This document shows, one piece after another, positions 17,696-26,904 of a DNA stretch of 64,000 nt (position 1 is the first letter of the stretch; each line of letters begins with the position of its first letter). The notes below the pieces were generated by a model, which was not told the DNA's origin, did not search any database, and saw only the letters and a program-made list of their open reading frames with translations. Made by a program: the position numbers and the translations under genes. The stretch lies in the NCBI GenBank assembly GCA_934176955.1, contig CAKPOS010000007.1, positions 15,328-79,327 of the forward strand, given 5' to 3'. Source of the DNA: an uncultured Bacilli bacterium (lineage in GTDB: Bacteria > Bacillota_I > Bacilli_A > RF39 > UBA660).

Positions 17696-20175
17696 AGAAG
17701 TTAGTGAACTATTTTGTATTTTTAATTGTGTTTTTAGTATGTATTCCGATACGTAGTGTATTTGCTGCTGCAGATTATAAGATTAGTTATGATGTTACAG
17801 AATTTAGCATTACAAAGGAAGAGATTATTTTTAAGGGATTTTCTTTTTTAGACCATATGGATAATTATGGTGGAAGAAATATGAAAACTTATATTGCGGC
17901 ATATAGTGGAGGTTGGAACAGTCAGTGGAATAATATTAATAAATGTAAGAGTTCTAAGCATTGTTATGTTGTAGAGTCAACACCTTCGAGTTCATATGAT
18001 TTATATTTTATTCGTTGTATTGGTGGTGCTTGTACAGAAAAAAATCGTGCACAAAGAGCTAGAAATTTAAAAAATGGTACAGAAAAATATGAATTAAATA
18101 CATGTAATCATTCAGGCAGTGCAAGTGGAGTTTATTATCCAGACAGTCATTGTGCTTATCACAATGTTGGTTTTGCCGTTAAGTTTGATTTTGCTAAAGT
18201 AAAAGAAAAATTTTCTAATTCAACAGTTCATTTTAGAATTATTACGAAAGTAAAAAGTTCTTCTAGTACAAAAATTGATAGTAGTGATATTGGTATTATC
18301 CCCAATTCTTGTAAAAGTGTTTTTGGTAAGAGTTGTAATACAAAGAAAGAAGATGCTAAGTATAGTTACAATTATAAAGTTACTTCTAAGGTAGAATCTG
18401 GAGGAAAAACTTACGATGTTAAAGAAAAAAGAAAAATGACTGTTACTTTAGGTGGAATATCTGATAAGGTACAATTTACTGCTGATCAAGCTTCTGGATC
18501 GTATGGAAGTGCTCAGTCTGGGAATAATTCATATGCTAATAATATTAGGGGACGTATGTTTAATTATGGTGCAACTTATACAGTAACAAATGTGGAAAAA
18601 TTTTCTAGTGGTTGGAACAATTGGAAAGGGGATAGAACTGGTACTGTTGCTGGAAGACTTTTCTATTTAGAGGGAATTAATGGTGATTCAGGTGATAAAG
18701 GTTGGGGCTGGAGTGCTTGGGTTAAGTCATCAGGTGATTTAGCGTTAAAACTTAAAGATGAAATTGATAAAACTTGTAATGGTTGTAATTGTGAAGATGG
18801 ACAAGCTGTGACTTGTGTTGGTGGAAATTGTAATTATGATGAAGAGACTTGTAAGAATGATACTACGGTTAAAGATTTAGAGACAAATAAAGATACGGCT
18901 ACTCAAAATACTTGTAAAAATGCTGAAAACGTTGTCGTTAATTATGATGAAGTGTTGCATGATACATATTATTATCCTGTTGATAAGAGCGTTATTGATT
19001 CAACTTTAGGAGATAATACTGCTGCAACTTCTAATACTGGATTGCAATCTTCAGGTGGAAATTATTGGGTTCCTATTGATTTAAGTGTTGTTGTTAATAT
19101 TAAGCAAACATTTAATGTTAAATTAAATGAAAAATTTTATGAACAAATGAGAAAAAGTGTTAAATCTGGTCAGCCTTTCTATTTTTCGGTTGATTATGAT
19201 ACTCAGCTTTCTGTTTCAGGATATAGTAGTAGGTATGATACTTCTTCTAATGAAAACTCAGGGACATCTCAATATAATACATATAATAATGTTCTTACTT
19301 TTAATGTACGTGATAATAAAACTGGTGTGATAACGGAAAGAAGGGTTCTTATTTCTTTAAAAGAAGGAGATACTATTTATAATGAGGTTGGTGGACAATC
19401 TACTTCATATGGAACAGGGGTATATCAAGATATTGTTAATAAAAATGCTTCTTATAGTATAAGTGATTCTGTTGATAAAATGACAGTTTCTTTCCCTGAT
19501 ACCAATAAACCAACTCAGATTAATAGTGGTGCAGGTATCTTTACTACTATTGATGATCTTGCTCAAAATTCTAGAATTGGAAAATATAAAGTAAATCAAG
19601 GATGGCTTAGCAATAATGGAGAAGGTAAGATTGTATATGGAAATAAGACGTCTGGTTATGATGTTACTAATGGTGATGTTAGTATGTACTATGTTTCACC
19701 AACTTGGAAAACTGGGGAAGATTTTAAAGTTAAAATTTATGGTAAATTTGGTATTCCTGGAAAAACTGATTTTACTTATGATGCTACTTGTCATTTGAAT
19801 GTTATTAATGAAATACAAGATACTAAGAAGTTAAGATATCGTTCAATTGATACTTCTACACCTTTTCCTAAAGGAGAAAGTAGTTATCCTGAGAATTGGA
19901 AAGAATATATTGATAGTAATGGTTTAAATAGAATTACAGGAAATTCATTTAGTGCTATTGGTTATCAAACTAATTTCTTTAAAAATAAGAGTGCTATTGA
20001 TGGTTTAAAGACTACTTATGGAGATTATTATTCATATAAAGATATGTCTACTGATGGTAGTGCTACTAGTTTGGTTGTTCGTAATAGAGGAATAAATGAC
20101 TTATTTTCTAAAATTAATGGTAATCATTGTAAAGGTGGATTATATGATCCATCTTGTGATAAAGTTCAAAATTGA
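17692..20175 (+). CDS. Large secreted Cys-rich protein (827 aa), possible pilus-associated adhesin
   Basis: Signal peptide (CIPIRSVFA/AADY). Many Cys, including the CNGCNCEDGQAVTCVGGNCNYDEETC cluster. No enzymatic motif recognised. Translationally coupled to the flanking cluster genes. Confidence 0.45.
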   Translation: MKKLVNYFVFLIVFLVCIPIRSVFAAADYKISYDVTEFSITKEEIIFKGFSFLDHMDNYGGRNMKTYIAAYSGGWNSQWNNINKCKSSKHCYVVESTPSSSYDLYFIRCIGGACTEKNRAQRARNLKNGTEKYELNTCNHSGSASGVYYPDSHCAYHNVGFAVKFDFAKVKEKFSNSTVHFRIITKVKSSSSTKIDSSDIGIIPNSCKSVFGKSCNTKKEDAKYSYNYKVTSKVESGGKTYDVKEKRKMTVTLGGISDKVQFTADQASGSYGSAQSGNNSYANNIRGRMFNYGATYTVTNVEKFSSGWNNWKGDRTGTVAGRLFYLEGINGDSGDKGWGWSAWVKSSGDLALKLKDEIDKTCNGCNCEDGQAVTCVGGNCNYDEETCKNDTTVKDLETNKDTATQNTCKNAENVVVNYDEVLHDTYYYPVDKSVIDSTLGDNTAATSNTGLQSSGGNYWVPIDLSVVVNIKQTFNVKLNEKFYEQMRKSVKSGQPFYFSVDYDTQLSVSGYSSRYDTSSNENSGTSQYNTYNNVLTFNVRDNKTGVITERRVLISLKEGDTIYNEVGGQSTSYGTGVYQDIVNKNASYSISDSVDKMTVSFPDTNKPTQINSGAGIFTTIDDLAQNSRIGKYKVNQGWLSNNGEGKIVYGNKTSGYDVTNGDVSMYYVSPTWKTGEDFKVKIYGKFGIPGKTDFTYDATCHLNVINEIQDTKKLRYRSIDTSTPFPKGESSYPENWKEYIDSNGLNRITGNSFSAIGYQTNFFKNKSAIDGLKTTYGDYYSYKDMSTDGSATSLVVRNRGINDLFSKINGNHCKGGLYDPSCDKVQN

Positions 20176-20191
20176 TGGAGGTGAAGTATAG

Positions 20192-20641
20192 ATGAAATAT
20201 GCTTATTTAAGTTTGGGTATAATTCTAGTTGGTATTCTGGGGTTATCATTTATTACTTTCTTTCAAAATGTTACGATTAATAATGAAAGTGAGTATTATG
20301 TTTTGAAAGAGTCGGTAGAAGCTTCTATGTATGAATCAATTGATATGAGTTATTATATGACAACAGGAAAGTTAAAAATTTTAGAAGAAAAATTTGTTGC
20401 TAATTGTACTAGAAGATTTTATTCAAGTATTGAAGGAAATAGTAATGGTTATTCTTTATCTTTCTATGATATTATGGAAAGTCCTTCTAAAGTAAGTGTA
20501 GTGGCAACTAGTAAAACGGATAATTATCAACTGGGATTTAGTTCTAATGTATCTAGTGCTGATATTCAAAATAAATTAAGTGGAATTTTGGAATTTGATC
20601 CAGATGGTGGCTATGGTTGGGATTTTTTGGAAAGTAGATAA
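20192..20641 (+). CDS. Small N-terminally anchored protein of the Tad-like cluster
   Basis: Single N-terminal TM (YLSLGIILVGILGLSFITFF) and RBS GGAGGTGAAG. Function unknown. Confidence 0.4.
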   Translation: MKYAYLSLGIILVGILGLSFITFFQNVTINNESEYYVLKESVEASMYESIDMSYYMTTGKLKILEEKFVANCTRRFYSSIEGNSNGYSLSFYDIMESPSKVSVVATSKTDNYQLGFSSNVSSADIQNKLSGILEFDPDGGYGWDFLESR

Positions 20642-20667
20642 AATAGTAAATAAAAGGAGGGATAAGA

Positions 20668-21597
20668 ATGAATTTATCTAGTTCATTAAAAAAATTTGTT
20701 AGTAATAAAAATACAATTACTATTATTGGTGTGGTTTTGTGTATTATTATCTTATATTGGGGATATAATTTTAGAATTAATCAAAAAGTTTCTTTATCAA
20801 AGGTTCCTTATGCTAATCAAACGATTCAACCTAGAACTAAAATTACTTCAGATATGATTTCTTTTATGAATGTTCCAGCATCATTTATTAAAGGTAGTTA
20901 TTATTCTAGTTCTGATCAAATTGAAGGTAAATATGCTAAGTCTGATGTTATGATAGCAGAGGGAAGTATATTTTATACTGATTTTTTGACAGATAGTTCT
21001 AATGTTTCTAATTCGGCATTTAGTAGCGTTAAATCGAATGAAACTGTAATTAGTTATAAAGTAGATATGGATGCTACTTATGCAAATAGTATGATGCCTG
21101 GAGATATTATTAATGTTTATTTGAAAGCTAAAAGTGACGATGGAACAATTATGTTTGGTAAATTTATTGGTAATGTTAAAATTTTAGATATGAAAGATGC
21201 AAATGGTCAGAGAGTATTTGAAAATACTACTGAGGCTAGGAGTCCTGCTTATATGTTATTTGCTTTACCAGAAGATATGCATTTATTATTCAGAAAAGCT
21301 CTTTATTTAAGAAATGGTTATGATGTAGAGTTAATTTTAGTTCCTAATACTGAAAAAGTGGAAAAGGATGCTGATGTTTATGTAAGTAGTAAAGATATTC
21401 AAGACTTTATTAATGATAAGACAAAGATGGTTTCTGTTGATGAAATCTTATCTAGTACAGAGGATAAGGTAAATACTACTGATAATAATGATAATAAGAC
21501 GAATGATACTGATAGTAAATCAACTAATCAATCAAATGGTACTAAAAATCAATCAAATGGTACTAAAAATCAATCAAATGGTACTAAAAATCAATAA
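20668..21597 (+). CDS. CpaB/RcpC-like Flp pilus assembly protein (paralogue 1) with C-terminal NQSNGTK repeats
   Basis: N-terminal TM, then a SAF-like segment (VPYANQTIQPRTKITSDMISFMNVPASFIKGSYY...IEGKYAKSDVMIAEGSIF). Located upstream of a CpaF-like ATPase. Confidence 0.6.
   Translation: MNLSSSLKKFVSNKNTITIIGVVLCIIILYWGYNFRINQKVSLSKVPYANQTIQPRTKITSDMISFMNVPASFIKGSYYSSSDQIEGKYAKSDVMIAEGSIFYTDFLTDSSNVSNSAFSSVKSNETVISYKVDMDATYANSMMPGDIINVYLKAKSDDGTIMFGKFIGNVKILDMKDANGQRVFENTTEARSPAYMLFALPEDMHLLFRKALYLRNGYDVELILVPNTEKVEKDADVYVSSKDIQDFINDKTKMVSVDEILSSTEDKVNTTDNNDNKTNDTDSKSTNQSNGTKNQSNGTKNQSNGTKNQ
21526..21594 (+). repeat. 21-bp tandem repeat x3.3 (AATCAATCAAATGGTACTAAA) inside the CpaB-like gene
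   Basis: Three identical units at 21526-21588 plus a partial unit, encoding (NQSNGTK)n at the C-terminus. Confidence 0.9.
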
Positions 21598-21644
21598 CAT
21601 ATGGTTATAGATAATTAAGTATTTTAATTAAAGGAGGAAATATT

Positions 21645-22490
21645 TTGAAAGATTCATTTAGAAAATTTTTAAGTAATAAGAATACAGTTACAATTGTTGG
21701 TGTTATCTTGTGTGTAATTATTTTATTTATTGGTTATTATTATCGAATAAATCAAAAAGTTGCTTTAACAAGAGTACCTTATGCTAATCAGGAGATTAAA
21801 CCTAAGACAAAGATTACGGCAAATATGATTAATTATATGAATGTTCCTGCATCTTTTCTTGTTGGTAGTTATTATAGTGCTCAAGAGGATATTGTAGGTA
21901 AATATTCTCAATATAATACAAAGATTATTGAAGGTAGTTTATTTTATAAAGATTTACTTACTACTTCTAATTTGTTACCTAATTCAGCGTTTTTAAATAT
22001 TAAGAAGAATGAGACTGTAGTTAATTATAAAGTTAATATGGATACGACTTATGCAAATAGCATGCAGCCTGATGATGTAATTAATATTTATTTTAAAGCA
22101 AAAAGTGATGATGGAACGATTATGTTTGGTAAATTTATTAGTAATATTACTATTTTAGATGTAAAAGATAGTGAAGGTAGACATGTATTTGATGATTCTT
22201 CTGAAGTTAAAACTCCTGCTTATATGATTTTTGCTTTACCAGAAGATATGCATTTATTGTTTAGAAAGGCTGTTTATTTAAGTGATAGTTATGGAGTAGA
22301 GTTAATTTTAGTACCTAATACGCAAGAACTTACTAAAGAAAATACGGTTTATGTAAATAGTAAGGATATTCAGAATTTTATTAATGAAAAGACAAAAATG
22401 GTTTCTGTTGATGAAATTTTAACTAGTACGAAGGATGAAGTTACTACCGATAGTGATACTAATAATAGTGATAGAAATGGTAATTCTTAA
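21645..22490 (+). CDS. CpaB/RcpC-like Flp pilus assembly protein (paralogue 2)
   Basis: TTG start after AAGGAGG. Collinear with and highly similar to the preceding gene (e.g. DDGTIMFGKFI and ALPEDMHLLFRKA.YL are shared). Confidence 0.6.
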   Translation: MKDSFRKFLSNKNTVTIVGVILCVIILFIGYYYRINQKVALTRVPYANQEIKPKTKITANMINYMNVPASFLVGSYYSAQEDIVGKYSQYNTKIIEGSLFYKDLLTTSNLLPNSAFLNIKKNETVVNYKVNMDTTYANSMQPDDVINIYFKAKSDDGTIMFGKFISNITILDVKDSEGRHVFDDSSEVKTPAYMIFALPEDMHLLFRKAVYLSDSYGVELILVPNTQELTKENTVYVNSKDIQNFINEKTKMVSVDEILTSTKDEVTTDSDTNNSDRNGNS

Positions 22491-22501
22491 GGAGTGGTTC
22501 G

Positions 22502-24073
22502 ATGAAAAATGAATTTACACAAGTTGATTTTGGGGCTCTTCAACCATATTTGGATAATGATGATATTACAGATATTTCTTATAGTAATGGAGGACAAGTA
22601 TGGTTAAAATCTTTATCAAAAGGTGTATATCGTGTAGAAAATCCTGCTGTCGATAATGCTTTTATGGAAAAAATGGCTTTTCAGTGCGCTAATTCTATGG
22701 GGAAATCTTTTAATATGGCTAATCCTTTTTTGGATGCTGAGAGTGCTGAACTTCGTATGAACTTTGTTCATGAATCTATTGCTAGGAATGGAATTGCAGT
22801 TTTAATTCGTAAGACACCTGCTAAGATAAGATTAGAGAAAGATAAAATTATTAAAGAGGATTATATTCGATTAGATATTCATGATTTTATTTTAAAATGT
22901 GTAGAAGGGCATTGCAATATTTTGGTAAGTGGAGAGACTGGTAGTGGTAAAACTGAATTTGTTAAGTATATGGCTGCTCATACGAAATATGATGAAAAAA
23001 TTATTACAATAGAAGATACATTGGAACTTCATTTGGATAGAATTTTTCCTGAGAGAGATATTGTTGCGATGAAGACGAATAATATTGCTAGCTATGCTGA
23101 CGTGCTTGTTACTTGTATGAGACAGAATCCAAGATGGATTTTACTTTCTGAGGTTCGTAGTGCTGAGGCTGTTATGGCGGTTAGAGATTCAATTTCTTCT
23201 GGACATAATATTTTATCTACTATTCATGCCGATAAGGCTGAATCGATTCCTAGTCGTTTATATAGTTTGTTAGAATCTAGTATTGATATGGATCAATTTT
23301 TGAGAAGTATTCATCGTTATGTTCAACTTGGGGTTCATATTAAAGGATATTATAGTAAAGAATTACAGCGATTTAAGAGAGAAGTTTCGGAAGTAGTAGA
23401 GTTTTATGTTGATGATAATAATAAACCTAAATATCAAATTATTTATAAAAGGACACCTGATGGCAAAACAGAAATTCATAATCCTACTCAATATTTACTT
23501 GGTTATTTGGAAAGTCAGGGAGTTATTATGCCACCTGATATATTAGTAAAACAAGAATTTAGAGAGCAGAGTATTTCAGATGAAAAAAATAATTTCAATA
23601 CAATGAACTATCCTTCTTCTGTTCAGTCTAATGTTGTTCAGCAAAGTAATTTAAATTCAATGAACACAAAAAATAATGTTACAAATAGTAGTAATATTAG
23701 TTCAAATGGAGAAAGAAATATGACAAATCTTGCTTCAATAAATTCTAATTTTCAAAATGGTAATGTAGGTGTGGTTGAAAATTCTCAAACTATTCATTCG
23801 AGAAATTTATCTGCAAATCAAGTGAATGGAAATAACAATAATTTTTCAAATTTTGCTTATTTAAATAATGTTGGTGTTCAAAGTAAAAGTGTTCCTTATC
23901 AAAACTCTTCTATGAATTATTCTATGGGGGCTAATAATGTTCAAAATGCGCATGCTGTGAATAGAAATAATAATTCTATCCCTGTTCGTGATAATATTTC
24001 TAGTTCTTCTTCTTTGGGTATTGTGAATTCCAATAAAATAGTGTATAATAATTCTAATGTTAATGTAGAGTGA
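22502..24073 (+). CDS. CpaF/TadA-family secretion ATPase with ~170-aa Asn/Ser-rich C-terminal tail
   Basis: Walker A SGETGSGKT, ITIEDTLEL (Asp box), RQNPRWILLSEVR (Walker B region) and STIHAD (His box) are typical of VirB11/CpaF-type hexameric ATPases. Confidence 0.85.
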   Translation: MKNEFTQVDFGALQPYLDNDDITDISYSNGGQVWLKSLSKGVYRVENPAVDNAFMEKMAFQCANSMGKSFNMANPFLDAESAELRMNFVHESIARNGIAVLIRKTPAKIRLEKDKIIKEDYIRLDIHDFILKCVEGHCNILVSGETGSGKTEFVKYMAAHTKYDEKIITIEDTLELHLDRIFPERDIVAMKTNNIASYADVLVTCMRQNPRWILLSEVRSAEAVMAVRDSISSGHNILSTIHADKAESIPSRLYSLLESSIDMDQFLRSIHRYVQLGVHIKGYYSKELQRFKREVSEVVEFYVDDNNKPKYQIIYKRTPDGKTEIHNPTQYLLGYLESQGVIMPPDILVKQEFREQSISDEKNNFNTMNYPSSVQSNVVQQSNLNSMNTKNNVTNSSNISSNGERNMTNLASINSNFQNGNVGVVENSQTIHSRNLSANQVNGNNNNFSNFAYLNNVGVQSKSVPYQNSSMNYSMGANNVQNAHAVNRNNNSIPVRDNISSSSSLGIVNSNKIVYNNSNVNVE

Positions 24074-24074
24074 G

Positions 24075-24977
24075 GTGATTAGTTTGGAAATTATTATTGT
24101 TGGTATTATATTAATTTTTATTATTACTTATCGTTCAAGTACTGGTAGTGGAGTTTATAAATTTGTTAATGAACAAAAAAATCAGTTATATGATAAATAT
24201 GCACCTTATTCTTATAAAGAAATGAGAAGAAAAATAAAGGATTTAGGTCTTGATTATACTCCGAGACAATATTTTATACAAATTGTTTTGCTTGCTGGAA
24301 TTGCTGCTGTAATTGGATATTTATATTTTTATAGTTTAATTATTTCTATTATTTATGCAGTGATTGCTATTGCTTTTGTTCCTTATATTTCGTATCTTCG
24401 TTCTAAGAGGCAATATAGTGAATTTATTTTTGAACAAATTCAAGTTTATGTTACTAATACTATTATGGAATTTGCAACTACGCAAGCTTTTATTAAATCA
24501 CTTGAAGGTGTAGTGGAATCTGGTGTTTTAGAAGATCCTGTTTTGTCTGATGTTAAGACAATGATTGCTCTTTCTTATGAAAAAGGGGATGTAAATGATT
24601 CTATAGCTTATATGAATGCTAAGTATCCTTATTTTATGGTTAAGAATATGCATCAATTGTTTTTACAAGTTACAAAAGAGGGTGCTAAAGATACAGAAGA
24701 AACATTTGATAATATGTTGACCGATATTGATGCTCTTGTAGAAGGTGTATATAGAGATAGGATGGATAGGTCTGAATTTCATAAGCAATTTTTGGTTTTT
24801 GGTGTTGCTTTATATGGAATTGTTATGTTGATTCAGCTATTATTAGGTGTAGATTCTTACATTGCTATGTTGAATAATAAACTTATTTTAGTTTTACTTC
24901 ATGCATTAGTTATTATTAATACATTATTTCTTCTTAAAGGAGAAAAATATTATAATGAGAATGTGGGGGCTGAATAA
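24075..24977 (+). CDS. TadB-like type II secretion system F-domain membrane protein
   Basis: GTG start. N-terminal TM, cytoplasmic helical domain, and paired TMs in the middle and at the C-terminus. Immediately downstream of the CpaF-like ATPase. Confidence 0.6.
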   Translation: MISLEIIIVGIILIFIITYRSSTGSGVYKFVNEQKNQLYDKYAPYSYKEMRRKIKDLGLDYTPRQYFIQIVLLAGIAAVIGYLYFYSLIISIIYAVIAIAFVPYISYLRSKRQYSEFIFEQIQVYVTNTIMEFATTQAFIKSLEGVVESGVLEDPVLSDVKTMIALSYEKGDVNDSIAYMNAKYPYFMVKNMHQLFLQVTKEGAKDTEETFDNMLTDIDALVEGVYRDRMDRSEFHKQFLVFGVALYGIVMLIQLLLGVDSYIAMLNNKLILVLLHALVIINTLFLLKGEKYYNENVGAE

Positions 24978-25771
24978 TGATAGAGATATTTCTTATTGGT
25001 GCAATTATTTTGTTTATATTTTTTTACACGGGGAAAGTTAATTCTGGTAAGTTTGTTTATGATAATAAGGATTTCTTTTATTTATTGAAAGAAAGTGATT
25101 ATGATTTTTTGCTTTATGCAAAGTATGGGGATAAGGTTTATGATCCTAATCAGGTATTTATGAAAAGAATTCGGAATGGCGTGTTAATTACTATTTTATT
25201 TATTTTTGTATTTATTTCTGATTTATCTTTTTTAAATGTAATTTTGGGACTTGTTTGTGGCTTTCTTGTTTTTAAGATGCCATATATGGATTTAAAGAAA
25301 TTTTATCGTAATCATTTGAATGAAGTTGATTCTTTATTGCCTTATTATTTAAAGGGATTAGAAGTTTTAATTCAACACTATACTGTTCCTGTTGCTCTTG
25401 CTAGAAGTATAGATGATGCTCCAGAAGTCTTTAAACCAGGATTGAAAGCAATGATTGCTAAAATTGAAGCTGGAGATTCTTCTGTTCAACCGTATATGGA
25501 TTTTGCCGCAATGTATCCTGTTAGGGATTCGGTTAGAATGATGAGATTGTTATATCGTTTAGGTCTTGGTGAGCAGGAAAAAAAGCATACTCAATTGGTT
25601 GCTTTTTCGAAGAGTGTTTCTGCTTTACAACAAAAAGCAAGAGAACAAAAATATAAAAATAGATTAGATAAGATGGAAAGTATGACTATGGTAATGTTAG
25701 TTTGTACAGGTGGTGGAGGAATGATATTACTTATCGTATCTATGTTACTTTCTTTTACAGCTGTTGCGTAG
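24977..25771 (+). CDS. TadC-like type II secretion system F-domain membrane protein
   Basis: Same topology as the preceding gene. ATG overlaps the upstream stop (TAATGA). Standard TadB/TadC pairing. Confidence 0.55.
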   Translation: MIEIFLIGAIILFIFFYTGKVNSGKFVYDNKDFFYLLKESDYDFLLYAKYGDKVYDPNQVFMKRIRNGVLITILFIFVFISDLSFLNVILGLVCGFLVFKMPYMDLKKFYRNHLNEVDSLLPYYLKGLEVLIQHYTVPVALARSIDDAPEVFKPGLKAMIAKIEAGDSSVQPYMDFAAMYPVRDSVRMMRLLYRLGLGEQEKKHTQLVAFSKSVSALQQKAREQKYKNRLDKMESMTMVMLVCTGGGGMILLIVSMLLSFTAVA

Positions 25772-25806
25772 GAGAAGAAAAATATTAATAAGGGAGGTGA
25801 GACAAA

Positions 25807-25950
25807 ATGAAAGAAGCTACAGGTGAATTAAGTATGGTAGTTGTAACTATTCTTGCAATTGCCTTGATTGCAGGGGTTGTTAAATTTTTAGTTCCTCTTG
25901 CTCAGGATTATGTTGGTAATAAGTGGGCGGATATTACAACACAAGATTAA
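25807..25950 (+). CDS. Flp/type-IV-pilin-like small protein (47 aa), not in the ORF track
   Basis: GGGAGGTGAG RBS, ATG at 25807. MKEATG/ELSMVVVTILAIALIAGVVKFLVPLAQDYVGNKWADITTQD has a short charged leader ending in Gly, then a ~20-residue hydrophobic helix. Sits right after tadC. Confidence 0.6.
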   Translation: MKEATGELSMVVVTILAIALIAGVVKFLVPLAQDYVGNKWADITTQD

Positions 25951-25986
25951 TAAATGATAGGAAGTATTGAAAGGTAGGAAATTGGC

Positions 25987-26445
25987 ATGAGAGATGCATT
26001 TGGAAGTACATTTATGTTTAAAATTATTATAATATTTATTGTTTTTTATGTGTCTTTCATGACAATTGCTGTTAGCTACGCTAAGGCTTTTCGAGTGAAA
26101 AATGGAGTTATTGATATTTTAGAACAATATCAATATGATTCTGAAGGTTCAAGAAAACAAGATGTTATTAATAAGGTTGATGAATATCTAAAGTCATTTC
26201 CTTATAATGAGGGAGATAACCAAAATGTTAAAAATCTTTGTAAAAAAGATTCTCATAATGAAAATTCTTCTGAAGAAACATTTGAAAATCAATTTACTGA
26301 AAATGGTGTTTGTATCATTAGAACTGATTTAGGAGAGAATTCTGTGTTTTATGAGGTTGTTACTTATTTAGTTATTTCTTTCCCTGTATTTAGTTATGAT
26401 TTTATAATTCCTATTCGTGGAGAAACAACAACAATTAAAAATTAG
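25987..26445 (+). CDS. Pilin-like / TadE-like minor pilin candidate (paralogue 1)
   Basis: MRDAFG/STFMFKIIIIFIVFYVSFMTIAV: a short charged leader ending in Gly, then a hydrophobic helix. The C-terminal beta-rich domain is shared with the next gene (PIRGETTTI versus PVSGETKII). Confidence 0.45.
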   Translation: MRDAFGSTFMFKIIIIFIVFYVSFMTIAVSYAKAFRVKNGVIDILEQYQYDSEGSRKQDVINKVDEYLKSFPYNEGDNQNVKNLCKKDSHNENSSEETFENQFTENGVCIIRTDLGENSVFYEVVTYLVISFPVFSYDFIIPIRGETTTIKN

Positions 26446-26456
26446 GTGGTGATTTT

Positions 26457-26894
26457 GTGAAAGATGCATTTGGTGGTTCTTTTGTTTTAAGGATAATGTT
26501 GGTATTTTTTGTTGTTTTTATTTGCTTTATGACTGCATCAATTACCATTTCTAAAACTTTCCGAATAAAAAATAATATTATTAATATTTTAGAAAGATCC
26601 AATCCTAACAGTTATAGTTCAAGTACAAGGGATAGAATTGATTCTTATCTAAGTAAAGTTTCCTATAATTATGGTAGTAATGAAAATGTGGTAAATGACT
26701 GTAGAGGTACTAGTATTTCTGGAACCGATTCAGTGGATTTAACTGATTATGGAGCTTGTATTGTAACGCATAATAGTGGTGATAGAGTGTATTATAAAGT
26801 TACTGCTTATGTAGTTGTTGATTTTCCATTATTTCATATAGGAACTGTTATTCCAGTTAGTGGAGAGACTAAGATTATTTATTTAGATAGATAA
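26457..26894 (+). CDS. Pilin-like / TadE-like minor pilin candidate (paralogue 2)
   Basis: GTG start. MKDAFG/GSFVLRIMLVFFVVFICFMTASI. Paralogue of 25987-26445. Confidence 0.45.
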   Translation: MKDAFGGSFVLRIMLVFFVVFICFMTASITISKTFRIKNNIINILERSNPNSYSSSTRDRIDSYLSKVSYNYGSNENVVNDCRGTSISGTDSVDLTDYGACIVTHNSGDRVYYKVTAYVVVDFPLFHIGTVIPVSGETKIIYLDR

Positions 26895-26904
26895 AGGTGA
26901 TATA

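Noticed and set aside
21526-21594. Possible CRISPR-like or regulatory tandem repeat
   Set aside because: Units are directly adjacent (no spacers), in frame, and encode NQSNGTK within the CpaB-like ORF. It is a coding minisatellite.
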